The notes beneath the pieces were generated by a model. That model was given only the letters and a program-made list of their open reading frames with translations. It made no database searches and had not been told where the DNA came from. From assembly GCA_902617525.1 (NCBI GenBank), contig CACMWW010000004.1:12672-76671 (forward strand): a DNA stretch of 64,000 nucleotides. The letters are read 5' to 3'. Of the stretch, positions 48,210 to 56,973 are shown piece by piece. The number at the start of each line of letters is the position of its first letter. Position 1 is the first letter of the stretch. The stretch comes from an uncultured Pelagibacteraceae bacterium. Its GTDB lineage: Bacteria; Pseudomonadota; Alphaproteobacteria; Pelagibacterales; AG-422-B15. The translations under genes were made by a program, and so were the position numbers.

Positions 48210-49140
48210 TGATCTTAAATAAAAACTTGTAAGAAAAATTTATAAGATAAAGCATAGAAATCGTAAAAAATAGCAGTATTGTAAAGTTTAAACTAATTAC
48301 ATATGAAACTGATTCTGATATTGCTGCTAAGCTAAAACCAGCAGCGAATACCAGTTCTCTCACACCGATTCCACCAAAGCTTATTGGTGCAGAGGTAATA
48401 ATTGTCATTAGTGGCATAATTAATATAAGCAGTTCAAATTTAATAGTTTTTTCTAAATCTAAAAATATAAAATACACAATAAGAATCGTACAAAACTGTA
48501 GTAAGACGCTTAAAAATACACTGTATAAGAATACAAATTTTCTTTTTTCGACTTCGAGTAGTAATGGTATAAATAAGTTAGAAAATTTTTTTAAATAATA
48601 AAAATTAAATAAATTAAATAATTTTGCAATTTTTAAAACTTGAAAAACTGTAATCAAAAAAAATAAAATACCAAAAAAAAGAATTAAGATTATTTGCAAT
48701 TTACTAACATTAAAAACGCTAGCATATAAAAATAGTGCTCCTGAAAATGTAGTTATTAATGTAGCAAGCATTCCACACGTTCTATCATAAAGAAGAGTAA
48801 TTATTGTTTGAGACTTTGTTGGCCCTATATATCGATTTATTAGAAAATATCTTGAGATTTCTGACGTAATGCCTGGTAATACAAATAATGAGAGAGCATT
48901 ACTGATAATTGTTATATCAAGAGATTTATAATAACTGCTATTCTTAAATATTGAAACAATTACATTTAGTCTTAATGCATTAAGCAAAAATAGTAGTATA
49001 AAAATTAAGATAGAGAAAAGCGTATAAGTAACCGAAATATTTTGAATTGAAGAAACAGATTCTATTTTATCGATATTATAGTAAACAAAAAACAAAAGTG
49101 AAATTGAAACTAAAATTCTAATTATGTACTTTATTTTCAT
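48202..49140 (-). CDS. UPF0104 / lysyl-PG-synthase-TM-like 'flippase-like' membrane protein
   Basis: 312 aa with about 8 TM segments. The N-terminal pattern (...LLFLLNALRLNVI...) is typical of the family. The call is motif-level only. Confidence 0.45.
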   Translation of the reverse strand: MKIKYIIRILVSISLLFFVYYNIDKIESVSSIQNISVTYTLFSILIFILLFLLNALRLNVIVSIFKNSSYYKSLDITIISNALSLFVLPGITSEISRYFLINRYIGPTKSQTIITLLYDRTCGMLATLITTFSGALFLYASVFNVSKLQIILILFFGILFFLITVFQVLKIAKLFNLFNFYYLKKFSNLFIPLLLEVEKRKFVFLYSVFLSVLLQFCTILIVYFIFLDLEKTIKFELLILIMPLMTIITSAPISFGGIGVRELVFAAGFSLAAISESVSYVISLNFTILLFFTISMLYLINFSYKFLFKINE

Positions 49141-49213
49141 TAATTATTCTTGAATACAAATAGATATATTTCTAATTAGTGTGTATATATATTAAAATTA
49201 ATTTTATATTACA

Positions 49214-50140
49214 ATGAATTGGCAAAAGAAAGCATATATTCAAAATTTAATTGCAATTTTACCAACTAAATTGGGTGATATAATATATTATTTTTTACAA
49301 AGAAGTTTTGGAGGGTTAAGAAAAAAAAATAATTTAGAGATTACTGAACTTAATGCAAGTTTAAAAATTTGGAAGACAATCATTAATGATAATCAAGATC
49401 CTAAAAACAAAATTTTTTTAGAAATTGGAACAGGAAGAGTGCCAAGTATTCCAATTTATTTATGGCTCATGGGAGCAAACAAAATATATACATTCGATAT
49501 CCAAAAACTTTTAAAAAAAAGTTTATTAAATGAATTTATAGAAAATTTGATATCAAATGAGATAAAAATTAAAAGTTTGCTTGGAGAATACATTAACAAT
49601 GAACGATATAATAAATTGAAATTAATTGCTTTTGATCAAATTGATATTAAAAAATTCTTTAATATAATTTATGAGGCCCCTGCATCTGCAGGCGAGACTT
49701 TTTTAAAAGATAATGAAATAGATTTTTGTTTTTCACATAATGTATTTGAGCATATTGATGAGATAAATTTAAAAAAGATTATAGTTGAAAATAAAAGAAT
49801 TCTAAAAGAGAATGGATTAATGATACATTTCATAGATTATAGTGACCATTTCTCTCATGATGATAGTAAGATCTCACCAATAAACTTTTTAAAATATAGT
49901 GAATTTGAGTGGAAAAAACTTGCAGGAAATCGTTTTATGTTCATGAATAGGCTAAGACATGACGATTTTACAAATATGTTTATTAAACTTGGTTTAAAGA
50001 TAAAAAGCACAGAAACAGAATTTGATCAAATTTCAAATACGTATTTAAAAGAAGGAAAAATTGTACCTTCTGAAAGGTTTAAATTAAAATCCCATGAGAT
50101 TTTAAGTATTCGTAATTCATGGTTTAAACTATCAAATTAA
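49214..50140 (+). CDS. Putative class I SAM-dependent methyltransferase
   Basis: 308 aa. Motif I-like FLEIGTGRVP, FCFSHNVFEHID, and NGLMIHFIDY. This is the only plus-strand gene between 2.8 and 57 kb. Its TAA overlaps the ugd stop (TTAA at 50137-50140). Confidence 0.55.
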   Translation: MNWQKKAYIQNLIAILPTKLGDIIYYFLQRSFGGLRKKNNLEITELNASLKIWKTIINDNQDPKNKIFLEIGTGRVPSIPIYLWLMGANKIYTFDIQKLLKKSLLNEFIENLISNEIKIKSLLGEYINNERYNKLKLIAFDQIDIKKFFNIIYEAPASAGETFLKDNEIDFCFSHNVFEHIDEINLKKIIVENKRILKENGLMIHFIDYSDHFSHDDSKISPINFLKYSEFEWKKLAGNRFMFMNRLRHDDFTNMFIKLGLKIKSTETEFDQISNTYLKEGKIVPSERFKLKSHEILSIRNSWFKLSN

Positions 50141-51309
50141 TTATCCCCAAATAAGTCCCTCGTATAAATTTTGAATTTAACATCTTCGATTTCTTTGTTA
50201 AATCTATTGGCAATAATAATCTCACTTTCCTTTTTGAATATTTCAAGATTTGAAATTACTTTAGAATTAAAAAAAGTCTCCATTTTTAATGTTGGTTCAT
50301 AAATAATTATCCTTATTCCCTTTGCATTCATTCTTTTCATAATCCCTTGAACAGCACTTTCTCTGTAATTATCAGACCCATCCTTCATAATTAATCTATA
50401 AATACCTACAGTTTTAGGCTTTAAATTGATTATCTGATTTGCAATGAAATCTTTACGGGTGGTATTGGACTCAACAATTGCTCTAATTATATTATTTGGG
50501 ACCTTTTCGTAATTTTTAAGAAGCTGCTGTGTATCTTTAGGCAAGCAGTAACCTCCATATCCAAATGAAGGGTTGTTGTAATAGTTTCCAATTCGTTCAT
50601 CTAAACAAACTCCATTTATAACATTTCTTGTATCAATTTTGTTTGTTTCACAATATGAGTCTAGTTCATTAAAATATGCAATTCTCATTGCCAAGTAAGT
50701 ATTAGAAAATAACTTTACAGCTTCAGCTTCTGATGATGTCATATGTAAAACACTTATCTTATCTTCTTTTTTTAATGCAGCTTTTGATAAGAGCGATCCA
50801 AAAATTTTTGCTTCATTGGTTGTATCGCCAATTATAATTCTAGAAGGATATAAATTATCTTTTAAAGCACTTCCCTCACGAAGAAATTCAGGAGAAAAAA
50901 TAATATTTTTATAATTATATTTTTTTCTTAGAAAGTGTGTGAAACCTAATGGTATTGTCGATTTAATAATGATTGTTGCATTATAGTTATATTTTAAAAT
51001 ATCCTTGATAACTGTATCCACTGAAGAAGTATCGAATGAGTTAGAAACACTATCATAATTTGTGGGGGTAGCTATTATTATAAGTTCAGACTTTGAGTAA
51101 GCTTTCTCCTTATCAATTGTTGCCTCTAATTTTAAATTTTTTTCTTTTAAGTAGACTTCTATTTCTTTGTCCTTTATTGGAGAAATTTTATTGTTAATTT
51201 TGTTAATTTTCTTATCATCAATATCAAAGGCTATAACTTCATTATATTGCGATAATAACACTGCCATTGATAAACCAACATAACCTGTTCCTACTACTGA
51301 TATTTTCAT
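50137..51309 (-). CDS. ugd: UDP-glucose 6-dehydrogenase
   Basis: The track ORF extends to 51351, but that start is a TTG inside the upstream gene. The ATG at 51307-51309 gives MKISVVGTGYVGLSMAVLL and abuts the upstream stop (51311). Catalytic segment FGYGGYCLPKD. Confidence 0.9.
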   Translation of the reverse strand: MKISVVGTGYVGLSMAVLLSQYNEVIAFDIDDKKINKINNKISPIKDKEIEVYLKEKNLKLEATIDKEKAYSKSELIIIATPTNYDSVSNSFDTSSVDTVIKDILKYNYNATIIIKSTIPLGFTHFLRKKYNYKNIIFSPEFLREGSALKDNLYPSRIIIGDTTNEAKIFGSLLSKAALKKEDKISVLHMTSSEAEAVKLFSNTYLAMRIAYFNELDSYCETNKIDTRNVINGVCLDERIGNYYNNPSFGYGGYCLPKDTQQLLKNYEKVPNNIIRAIVESNTTRKDFIANQIINLKPKTVGIYRLIMKDGSDNYRESAVQGIMKRMNAKGIRIIIYEPTLKMETFFNSKVISNLEIFKKESEIIIANRFNKEIEDVKFKIYTRDLFGDN

Positions 51310-51310
51310 A

Positions 51311-52300
51311 CTATTTATAATCTGTTGAGTAATATTTATTATGCCAATCAATAAATTTCCTCATTCCCTCACGAATTGGAACTCTGGGTTTGAATTTAGT
51401 ATATTTTTTAATTTGTGAAATATCTGCATGTGTATCCTTTACATCACCTTTCTGGATAGGCATATACTTAATTTTAAATTTTTTATTAAAAATATCTTCA
51501 ATAATTTTAATAAATAATTTTAATTTTATAGGATTGTCACTTCCTATATTGAAAATTTTAAAGAGATTCTTTTTAGATGGCGCTTTCTTTAAGATCAGCA
51601 TAATTGCACTGACTGCATCATCAATGTATGTAAAGTCACGTGTATGTTTACCATGATTAAAGACATTAATTTTTTTATTTTTTTTTATAGAGTTAACAAA
51701 AAGGCTTGGAGACATATCTGGTCTTCCAAATGGTCCGTAAACTGTAAAAAGTCTTAGTCCTGTTGTTGGAATTTTAAACATATTGCTAAGGGTAAATGCC
51801 ATTAATTCGTTACTTTTCTTGGTTGCAGCATACAATGAAACAGGTTTATCTGTTGTATCAATTTCTTTAAGAGGCATTCTTTTTGAAGAGCCATATACTG
51901 AGCTACTCGATGCGTAAATTAAATGCTTTACATTTATTAATTTGCTACCTTCAATAATATTAGAGAAACCCTCTAAATTACTTTTAATATATTGATCCGG
52001 ATTATAAATTGAATATCTTACTCCTGCTTGTGCAGCAAGATGAATAATAAAATCATATTTAATTTTTTTTAAATTATTAATAATTTGTTCTTTTTTTGAA
52101 ATATCTATTTTAAAAAAAGAAAATTTTTTTCCACTTTTTTTCAGTATATTAAGCCTGTCAAACTTCAACTTTTTGTCATAATAAGTATTAAGATTATCAA
52201 TACCAAAAACCTTATATTTTCCGGATTTTATTAACTCTTGTGAAACATGAAATCCAATAAAACCCGCACATCCTGTTACTAATACTTTATATTTTTTCAT
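51311..52300 (-). CDS. NAD-dependent epimerase, UDP-glucuronate 4-epimerase-like
   Basis: 329 aa. Has VLVTGCAGFIGFHV, DNLNTYYD, SSSSVYG, and YAATKKSNE. Paired with ugd. Confidence 0.75.
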   Translation of the reverse strand: MKKYKVLVTGCAGFIGFHVSQELIKSGKYKVFGIDNLNTYYDKKLKFDRLNILKKSGKKFSFFKIDISKKEQIINNLKKIKYDFIIHLAAQAGVRYSIYNPDQYIKSNLEGFSNIIEGSKLINVKHLIYASSSSVYGSSKRMPLKEIDTTDKPVSLYAATKKSNELMAFTLSNMFKIPTTGLRLFTVYGPFGRPDMSPSLFVNSIKKNKKINVFNHGKHTRDFTYIDDAVSAIMLILKKAPSKKNLFKIFNIGSDNPIKLKLFIKIIEDIFNKKFKIKYMPIQKGDVKDTHADISQIKKYTKFKPRVPIREGMRKFIDWHNKYYSTDYK

Positions 52301-53549
52301 CTGAATATATTTTGAATAATTTATTGTAAAGCATTATATTTTTTTCCATTGAATGTTTTTGTGAAAATCTTTTAACAAATCTGTCATAAAAATTTTTTTT
52401 AAATTCATTTTTATTTTCTAAAGCCCAGGTAATACCCCTCGCTAAATCATCCACATCAAATGGTTTTGCTAAATAACCATTTATTTTATGCTCAATTGCA
52501 TCAGGCATTCCACCAATATTAAATGCAACTACAGGAATACCCGACATTAAGGCCTCTAGTACTGTATTTGCAAGATTCTCCTCAATTGAAGGAGCAACAA
52601 AAATATCAGCAGCGGAATAAATCATTGACATGCGTATGTCATCTGTGATCACTCCAAAGTTATTCAATTTGTAATTCTTGAAGTAATTTTTCGATGCTCT
52701 TTCTCCAAATATAGTTAATTCAACGTTTTCCATATTTTTTAATTTAGTTAATGCTTTAAATAGCAAATTTCCGCCTTTTCTATCATCTTTAAAGGGATTT
52801 ATAGATCCAAATAATATTAATTTCTTATCATGACTTAATCTCAGACTCTTTCTGCAATTATACTTATCTTTTGGGTAAAAAATTTTATTATCTACACCCG
52901 TGTGTATTAATTCAATTTTAGTATTTCTAAATACGGCACTTTTACTTGCACATTTTTTTATCCACTTACTTGGAGCTATTAAAGTTAAATTGTCGGTGTT
53001 TTTCCAAAATTTAATTTTATTTTTTAGGGTAAGTCTTGATAAATCATAATTACTTTGACTATTTAATTGAAAACATTTGCCACATAAAGTTTCATATTTC
53101 GTACACCCATAAGAATAATGACAGCCACCAGTAAATGGCCACATATCGGACAATCTCCACAATATAGGTTTACCTAATTTCAATAATTCTCCAATTTCTC
53201 TAATACTTAAGAAACCCTCACAAATCCAATAGATCACAATTATATCAGCTTTTTTTAAGTAATTATTATTTTTGACGCTTAAAAAAGAAAAAAAAGACGG
53301 TGAAAAATTATTTATTTTTCTTTTTTGATAAATTTTTAAAGGTAGAGCGTTCAATCTTGAGTTAATTTGAGCGTTGAATAAATTTTTTTGAATATCATTA
53401 ACATCGATAGTGCTTTTATCATTTGTAATTTTTTTTTGGACTAAAAGTGAACTGTCTAAACCGTTTTCAATACACGAATTATGTATCTTATATGCTGCTT
53501 TTGCAGCTCCTCCAGTATTTTGGTTTGTTGATAAATGCACTATTTTCAT
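52287..53549 (-). CDS. Glycosyltransferase family 4 (GT-B)
   Basis: 420 aa. N-terminal HLSTNQNTGGAAKAAYK and C-terminal PSIEENLANTVLEALMSGIPVVAFNIGG (EX7E). Confidence 0.8.
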   Translation of the reverse strand: MKIVHLSTNQNTGGAAKAAYKIHNSCIENGLDSSLLVQKKITNDKSTIDVNDIQKNLFNAQINSRLNALPLKIYQKRKINNFSPSFFSFLSVKNNNYLKKADIIVIYWICEGFLSIREIGELLKLGKPILWRLSDMWPFTGGCHYSYGCTKYETLCGKCFQLNSQSNYDLSRLTLKNKIKFWKNTDNLTLIAPSKWIKKCASKSAVFRNTKIELIHTGVDNKIFYPKDKYNCRKSLRLSHDKKLILFGSINPFKDDRKGGNLLFKALTKLKNMENVELTIFGERASKNYFKNYKLNNFGVITDDIRMSMIYSAADIFVAPSIEENLANTVLEALMSGIPVVAFNIGGMPDAIEHKINGYLAKPFDVDDLARGITWALENKNEFKKNFYDRFVKRFSQKHSMEKNIMLYNKLFKIYSDEKI

Positions 53550-53552
53550 TTT

Positions 53553-55373
53553 TTAGTGGTGACTTTCATTTACTTGATACCATCTTTGAAACAGCCACCA
53601 AGTCCAGACTTGGTCAGTATTAGATGTTCTGTTATCTAAAAATGGTTTTATAAAATTCTTTTGTAAATTAATATCAAATATTTTTTGATTTTTAAGATAT
53701 GATGTTTCAGAAAAGCGTATTAATTCCTCTCTAAGATCATTTTTAAGCCATTTATCCATTGGTAAAATAAACCCTCTTTTTGGGCTTTGTAATAGCTCTT
53801 CAGGAAGAATTTCTTTAACAGATAATTTAAGAAGTTTTTTTGGATCATTAAAATATGTTCTTAATTTTGATGGTATACTTAAGATACTTTTAACTAATTC
53901 AATATCTAAAAATGGGGTCCTCATCTCAATAGAATGTGCCATAGAAAAACTATCAGTCATATATAAAAATTCATCCGATAATTGAAAATTTAAATCTAAT
54001 TTTGTAATAGCGTCTCTTACATTTAAATTATTATCAAATTTAAATTCAATAAATTTTTCTGAGCTATTTTGAATACTTTCTAAAAACTCAAAACTAAAAA
54101 ATTTATTTTTCTTTCTTCTATCTGTAAAATACAACGGATGATAATAACACCCTCTTTCATTGTTTTTTAATTCTTTCAGGCTGCCAGAATTTTTAAATAA
54201 ATATTTGAGAAAAGATTTAGATTTATAATATGGTTTTTCATATGGGTACCACTTACCATAATTTCCAAATAATTCATCTGCTCCGGTGCCTGTCATCCCA
54301 ACTTTCACAACTTTTGACATTTCCTTAAATACAAACCATGAAGGCAAACCTCCAGCATAAGGCTCACCAAGAGATACTAGCATTTTATCTAAATCTCGTA
54401 ATAAATCCTTAGGGGATATAACTATCTCTGAGTGATCAGTTTGATACATTTCTGATAGTTTTAAAGCTGTATCTCTCTCATCGATCTCAGAAGAGTCACT
54501 AAAACCAAGGGTAAAAGTTTTAATTTTTTTATTCTGCTGCATTGCAACAATTGCTGAAATCGAGGATGAGTCTATGCCTCCAGATAGAGAACATGCAATT
54601 GGAACATCACTTAGTGTCCATCTACTCACAGCTTTCTTAAGTTCATCATTAATATAATCACTTGCTTCATTTAGATTGCTAAACTTTCTATTATTAAATT
54701 CAGGTGTCCAATATTTATTAACATCATAACTATTGTCTTTTAAATTCCATCTTATGTAATGTGCTGGAGCTAATTTTTTTACTTTAGAATAAATTGTATC
54801 TGGTGACGGGACATACTGGAAACTAAAAAAGTGGTAAATAGAATGGTAATCAAAAGCTTTTGTAATCCAAGGTAAAATGGATAGACTTTTTAATTCAGAT
54901 GCAAAACTTAATCGACTATTTTCAACAGAATAATAAAGAGGTTTTATGCCAAAATGATCTCTGACACAATAAATCTGGTTTCTTTTTTTATCATATATGG
55001 AAAAAGCAAACATGCCGTTGAGCTTTTCCAGCATTTTAATACCCTCCTTAGCATAAAGTCTTATCAATACTTCTGTATCAGAATTTTTTGTCTCAAAAAT
55101 TATACCTTCATTTTCAAGCTCGACTCTTAGCGATGGGGCATTAAATATTTCACCATTAAATATTATAACTAAATCACCATTGTTTATTTGCATTGGCTGT
55201 TTGCCATTTTCTAAATCAATAATACTTAATCTTCTCATAGCTAAATGAACATTATTTTTTTCACATCTAAAATAACCTTCATCATCAGGACCCCGGTGGT
55301 ATTGAAGGGAGTTCATTTGTTTTAAAAAAATATCTGAAGTTGCAGGGCCTGTGTATCCCACTATACCGCACAT
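53553..55373 (-). CDS. Asparagine synthase (glutamine-hydrolysing)-like amidotransferase, copy 2
   Basis: 606 aa. Has the MCGIVGY nucleophile and the PP-loop CSLSGGIDSS. Confidence 0.85.
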   Translation of the reverse strand: MCGIVGYTGPATSDIFLKQMNSLQYHRGPDDEGYFRCEKNNVHLAMRRLSIIDLENGKQPMQINNGDLVIIFNGEIFNAPSLRVELENEGIIFETKNSDTEVLIRLYAKEGIKMLEKLNGMFAFSIYDKKRNQIYCVRDHFGIKPLYYSVENSRLSFASELKSLSILPWITKAFDYHSIYHFFSFQYVPSPDTIYSKVKKLAPAHYIRWNLKDNSYDVNKYWTPEFNNRKFSNLNEASDYINDELKKAVSRWTLSDVPIACSLSGGIDSSSISAIVAMQQNKKIKTFTLGFSDSSEIDERDTALKLSEMYQTDHSEIVISPKDLLRDLDKMLVSLGEPYAGGLPSWFVFKEMSKVVKVGMTGTGADELFGNYGKWYPYEKPYYKSKSFLKYLFKNSGSLKELKNNERGCYYHPLYFTDRRKKNKFFSFEFLESIQNSSEKFIEFKFDNNLNVRDAITKLDLNFQLSDEFLYMTDSFSMAHSIEMRTPFLDIELVKSILSIPSKLRTYFNDPKKLLKLSVKEILPEELLQSPKRGFILPMDKWLKNDLREELIRFSETSYLKNQKIFDINLQKNFIKPFLDNRTSNTDQVWTWWLFQRWYQVNESHH

Positions 55374-55412
55374 ATATTTTCCTTTATTGAATATTATTAA
55401 CTTATTATTATT

Positions 55413-56939
55413 CTAATTGATTATTTTAGTAATGATATAGTAATCGTCCTTATACTCTTTTTCTAAAAATTCACATTCAATATCTTGACTAGCGAAGAGT
55501 ACCATATGTGTAAATTGGTTTACAGAAATCTCATTCAGTAGAAGTTCACAATCCCTTTCATTCAAAAGTTCATTAATTTTCTCTGTTTTTTTTATTCGAT
55601 TATACCACTCAAGCTTGCCCTGATTGTTTTGAGGTGAAGCATGAAAGTCAACGAATACGGGTTTTCCAGTTCTTAATCTAAATTCGTCTAAGTTAGTTGG
55701 TATAAGATAGGTATTTTCATTGTTATTATTATTTAAAACAAATTGCATCATCTTGGTATAATTTTTATTTTCATAATGAGTCGTCATAAATAAATATTGA
55801 TTTACTCCAATGAATGAAAAATAAATTAAAAAACTAAAAATTAATAATTGTATAGTTAATTTTTTTCTTTCTAGAAAAACAATATATCGTTTAAGTAACA
55901 AATTAATAGTGAATGAGGATAGTAAGAAAAAAGAAAGTGGCATTAATAATGCCGATACTCTCCACGGCATTAATACAGACAAAAAACCAGTATTAAAATA
56001 AAATTCGAATAAAGTAAAAAAACTAGCAAATAAAAAAGGGAAAAAAATAATATAAAATAAATCTTTCTTATAGGTAACCAATAATGAAAGTAAAATTATT
56101 ACAATCTTAATTATATCATCATAACCGAACCACTCTTTTATCAAATGATGATGCGGTGCTCTAAAATTGACTTGAATATTTAGTGCTTCTTGCGAAAAAG
56201 TATTATTTGCTAGGATTGAAATAGTTAAGAAAAGAATGGGAGAAACTAAAAATAAACTGAATAAACTATATTTTAATAAATTTAATAATTTTTTTTCTCT
56301 TCTATATAAAAGAAAAATATAAGAAAAGGTAATAACTGCACCACTGAATAAGTAAGTAGGGTGCATGATACATGTAAGTCCAATAAAACAAGATGCAATA
56401 TATGGTTTCCTTAAAATAAAAAAATAAATTGAAGCGAGTAAAAATACACCAAATACTCCTGGTTGAAAAACAGAACCCAATAAATATGTCCCAGCTGAAC
56501 CCTCATAAAATAAAGGTCCATGTAAATAAATCCCTAAAAGATCTAAAAACCAATTGATGCTAAATTTTGAGTGACAAAAAATTATGAATGAACAAATTAA
56601 AAAAAATATTATTTCTGAGTTATTTCTTAAAAAATGATTACAAATTAAAGATAAAAAAATAAAGTATATTGCAAGTAAAATAAAAAAATAAATATAAAAA
56701 AAAATCTCACCAAAAATGATGTATGTGTATTTTATTAAAAGAGAGAAAAAAAATAAATTATTACTAGTGGTTAAAAGCCAATCATTTGAAAGACTACCAT
56801 ATCCAGCTTCAGCAAGTCCTCGAACTAGATGAGCGGTCTGCCCTGATGTATAAATTGGATCAAAAGAATGAGATAAAATAAAAGCTAAGCATAAAAAAAT
56901 TGCAAATAAAATCTTATAGAGTAAATTTGAATTAAGCAT
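55413..56939 (-). CDS. Large polytopic membrane protein with C-terminal soluble domain (possible GT-C-type glycosyltransferase)
   Basis: 508 aa. About 11-12 hydrophobic segments, then a ~120-aa hydrophilic C-terminus. No diagnostic motif recognised. Confidence 0.35.
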   Translation of the reverse strand: MLNSNLLYKILFAIFLCLAFILSHSFDPIYTSGQTAHLVRGLAEAGYGSLSNDWLLTTSNNLFFFSLLIKYTYIIFGEIFFYIYFFILLAIYFIFLSLICNHFLRNNSEIIFFLICSFIIFCHSKFSINWFLDLLGIYLHGPLFYEGSAGTYLLGSVFQPGVFGVFLLASIYFFILRKPYIASCFIGLTCIMHPTYLFSGAVITFSYIFLLYRREKKLLNLLKYSLFSLFLVSPILFLTISILANNTFSQEALNIQVNFRAPHHHLIKEWFGYDDIIKIVIILLSLLVTYKKDLFYIIFFPFLFASFFTLFEFYFNTGFLSVLMPWRVSALLMPLSFFLLSSFTINLLLKRYIVFLERKKLTIQLLIFSFLIYFSFIGVNQYLFMTTHYENKNYTKMMQFVLNNNNNENTYLIPTNLDEFRLRTGKPVFVDFHASPQNNQGKLEWYNRIKKTEKINELLNERDCELLLNEISVNQFTHMVLFASQDIECEFLEKEYKDDYYIITKIIN

Positions 56940-56973
56940 TTATATATTATAATTTAGATTTTTATTTTGTTAA

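Noticed and set aside
51310-51351. The longer 5' extensions offered by the ORF track for ugd (to 51351) and for the Gfo/Idh/MocA gene (to 30991).
   Set aside because: The ugd extension starts at a TTG inside the upstream gene, whereas the ATG at 51309 yields the canonical MKISVVGTGYVG N-terminus abutting the upstream stop. The oxidoreductase extension would overlap the upstream SDR gene by 44 nt, and internal ATGs at 30958/30955 are more parsimonious.
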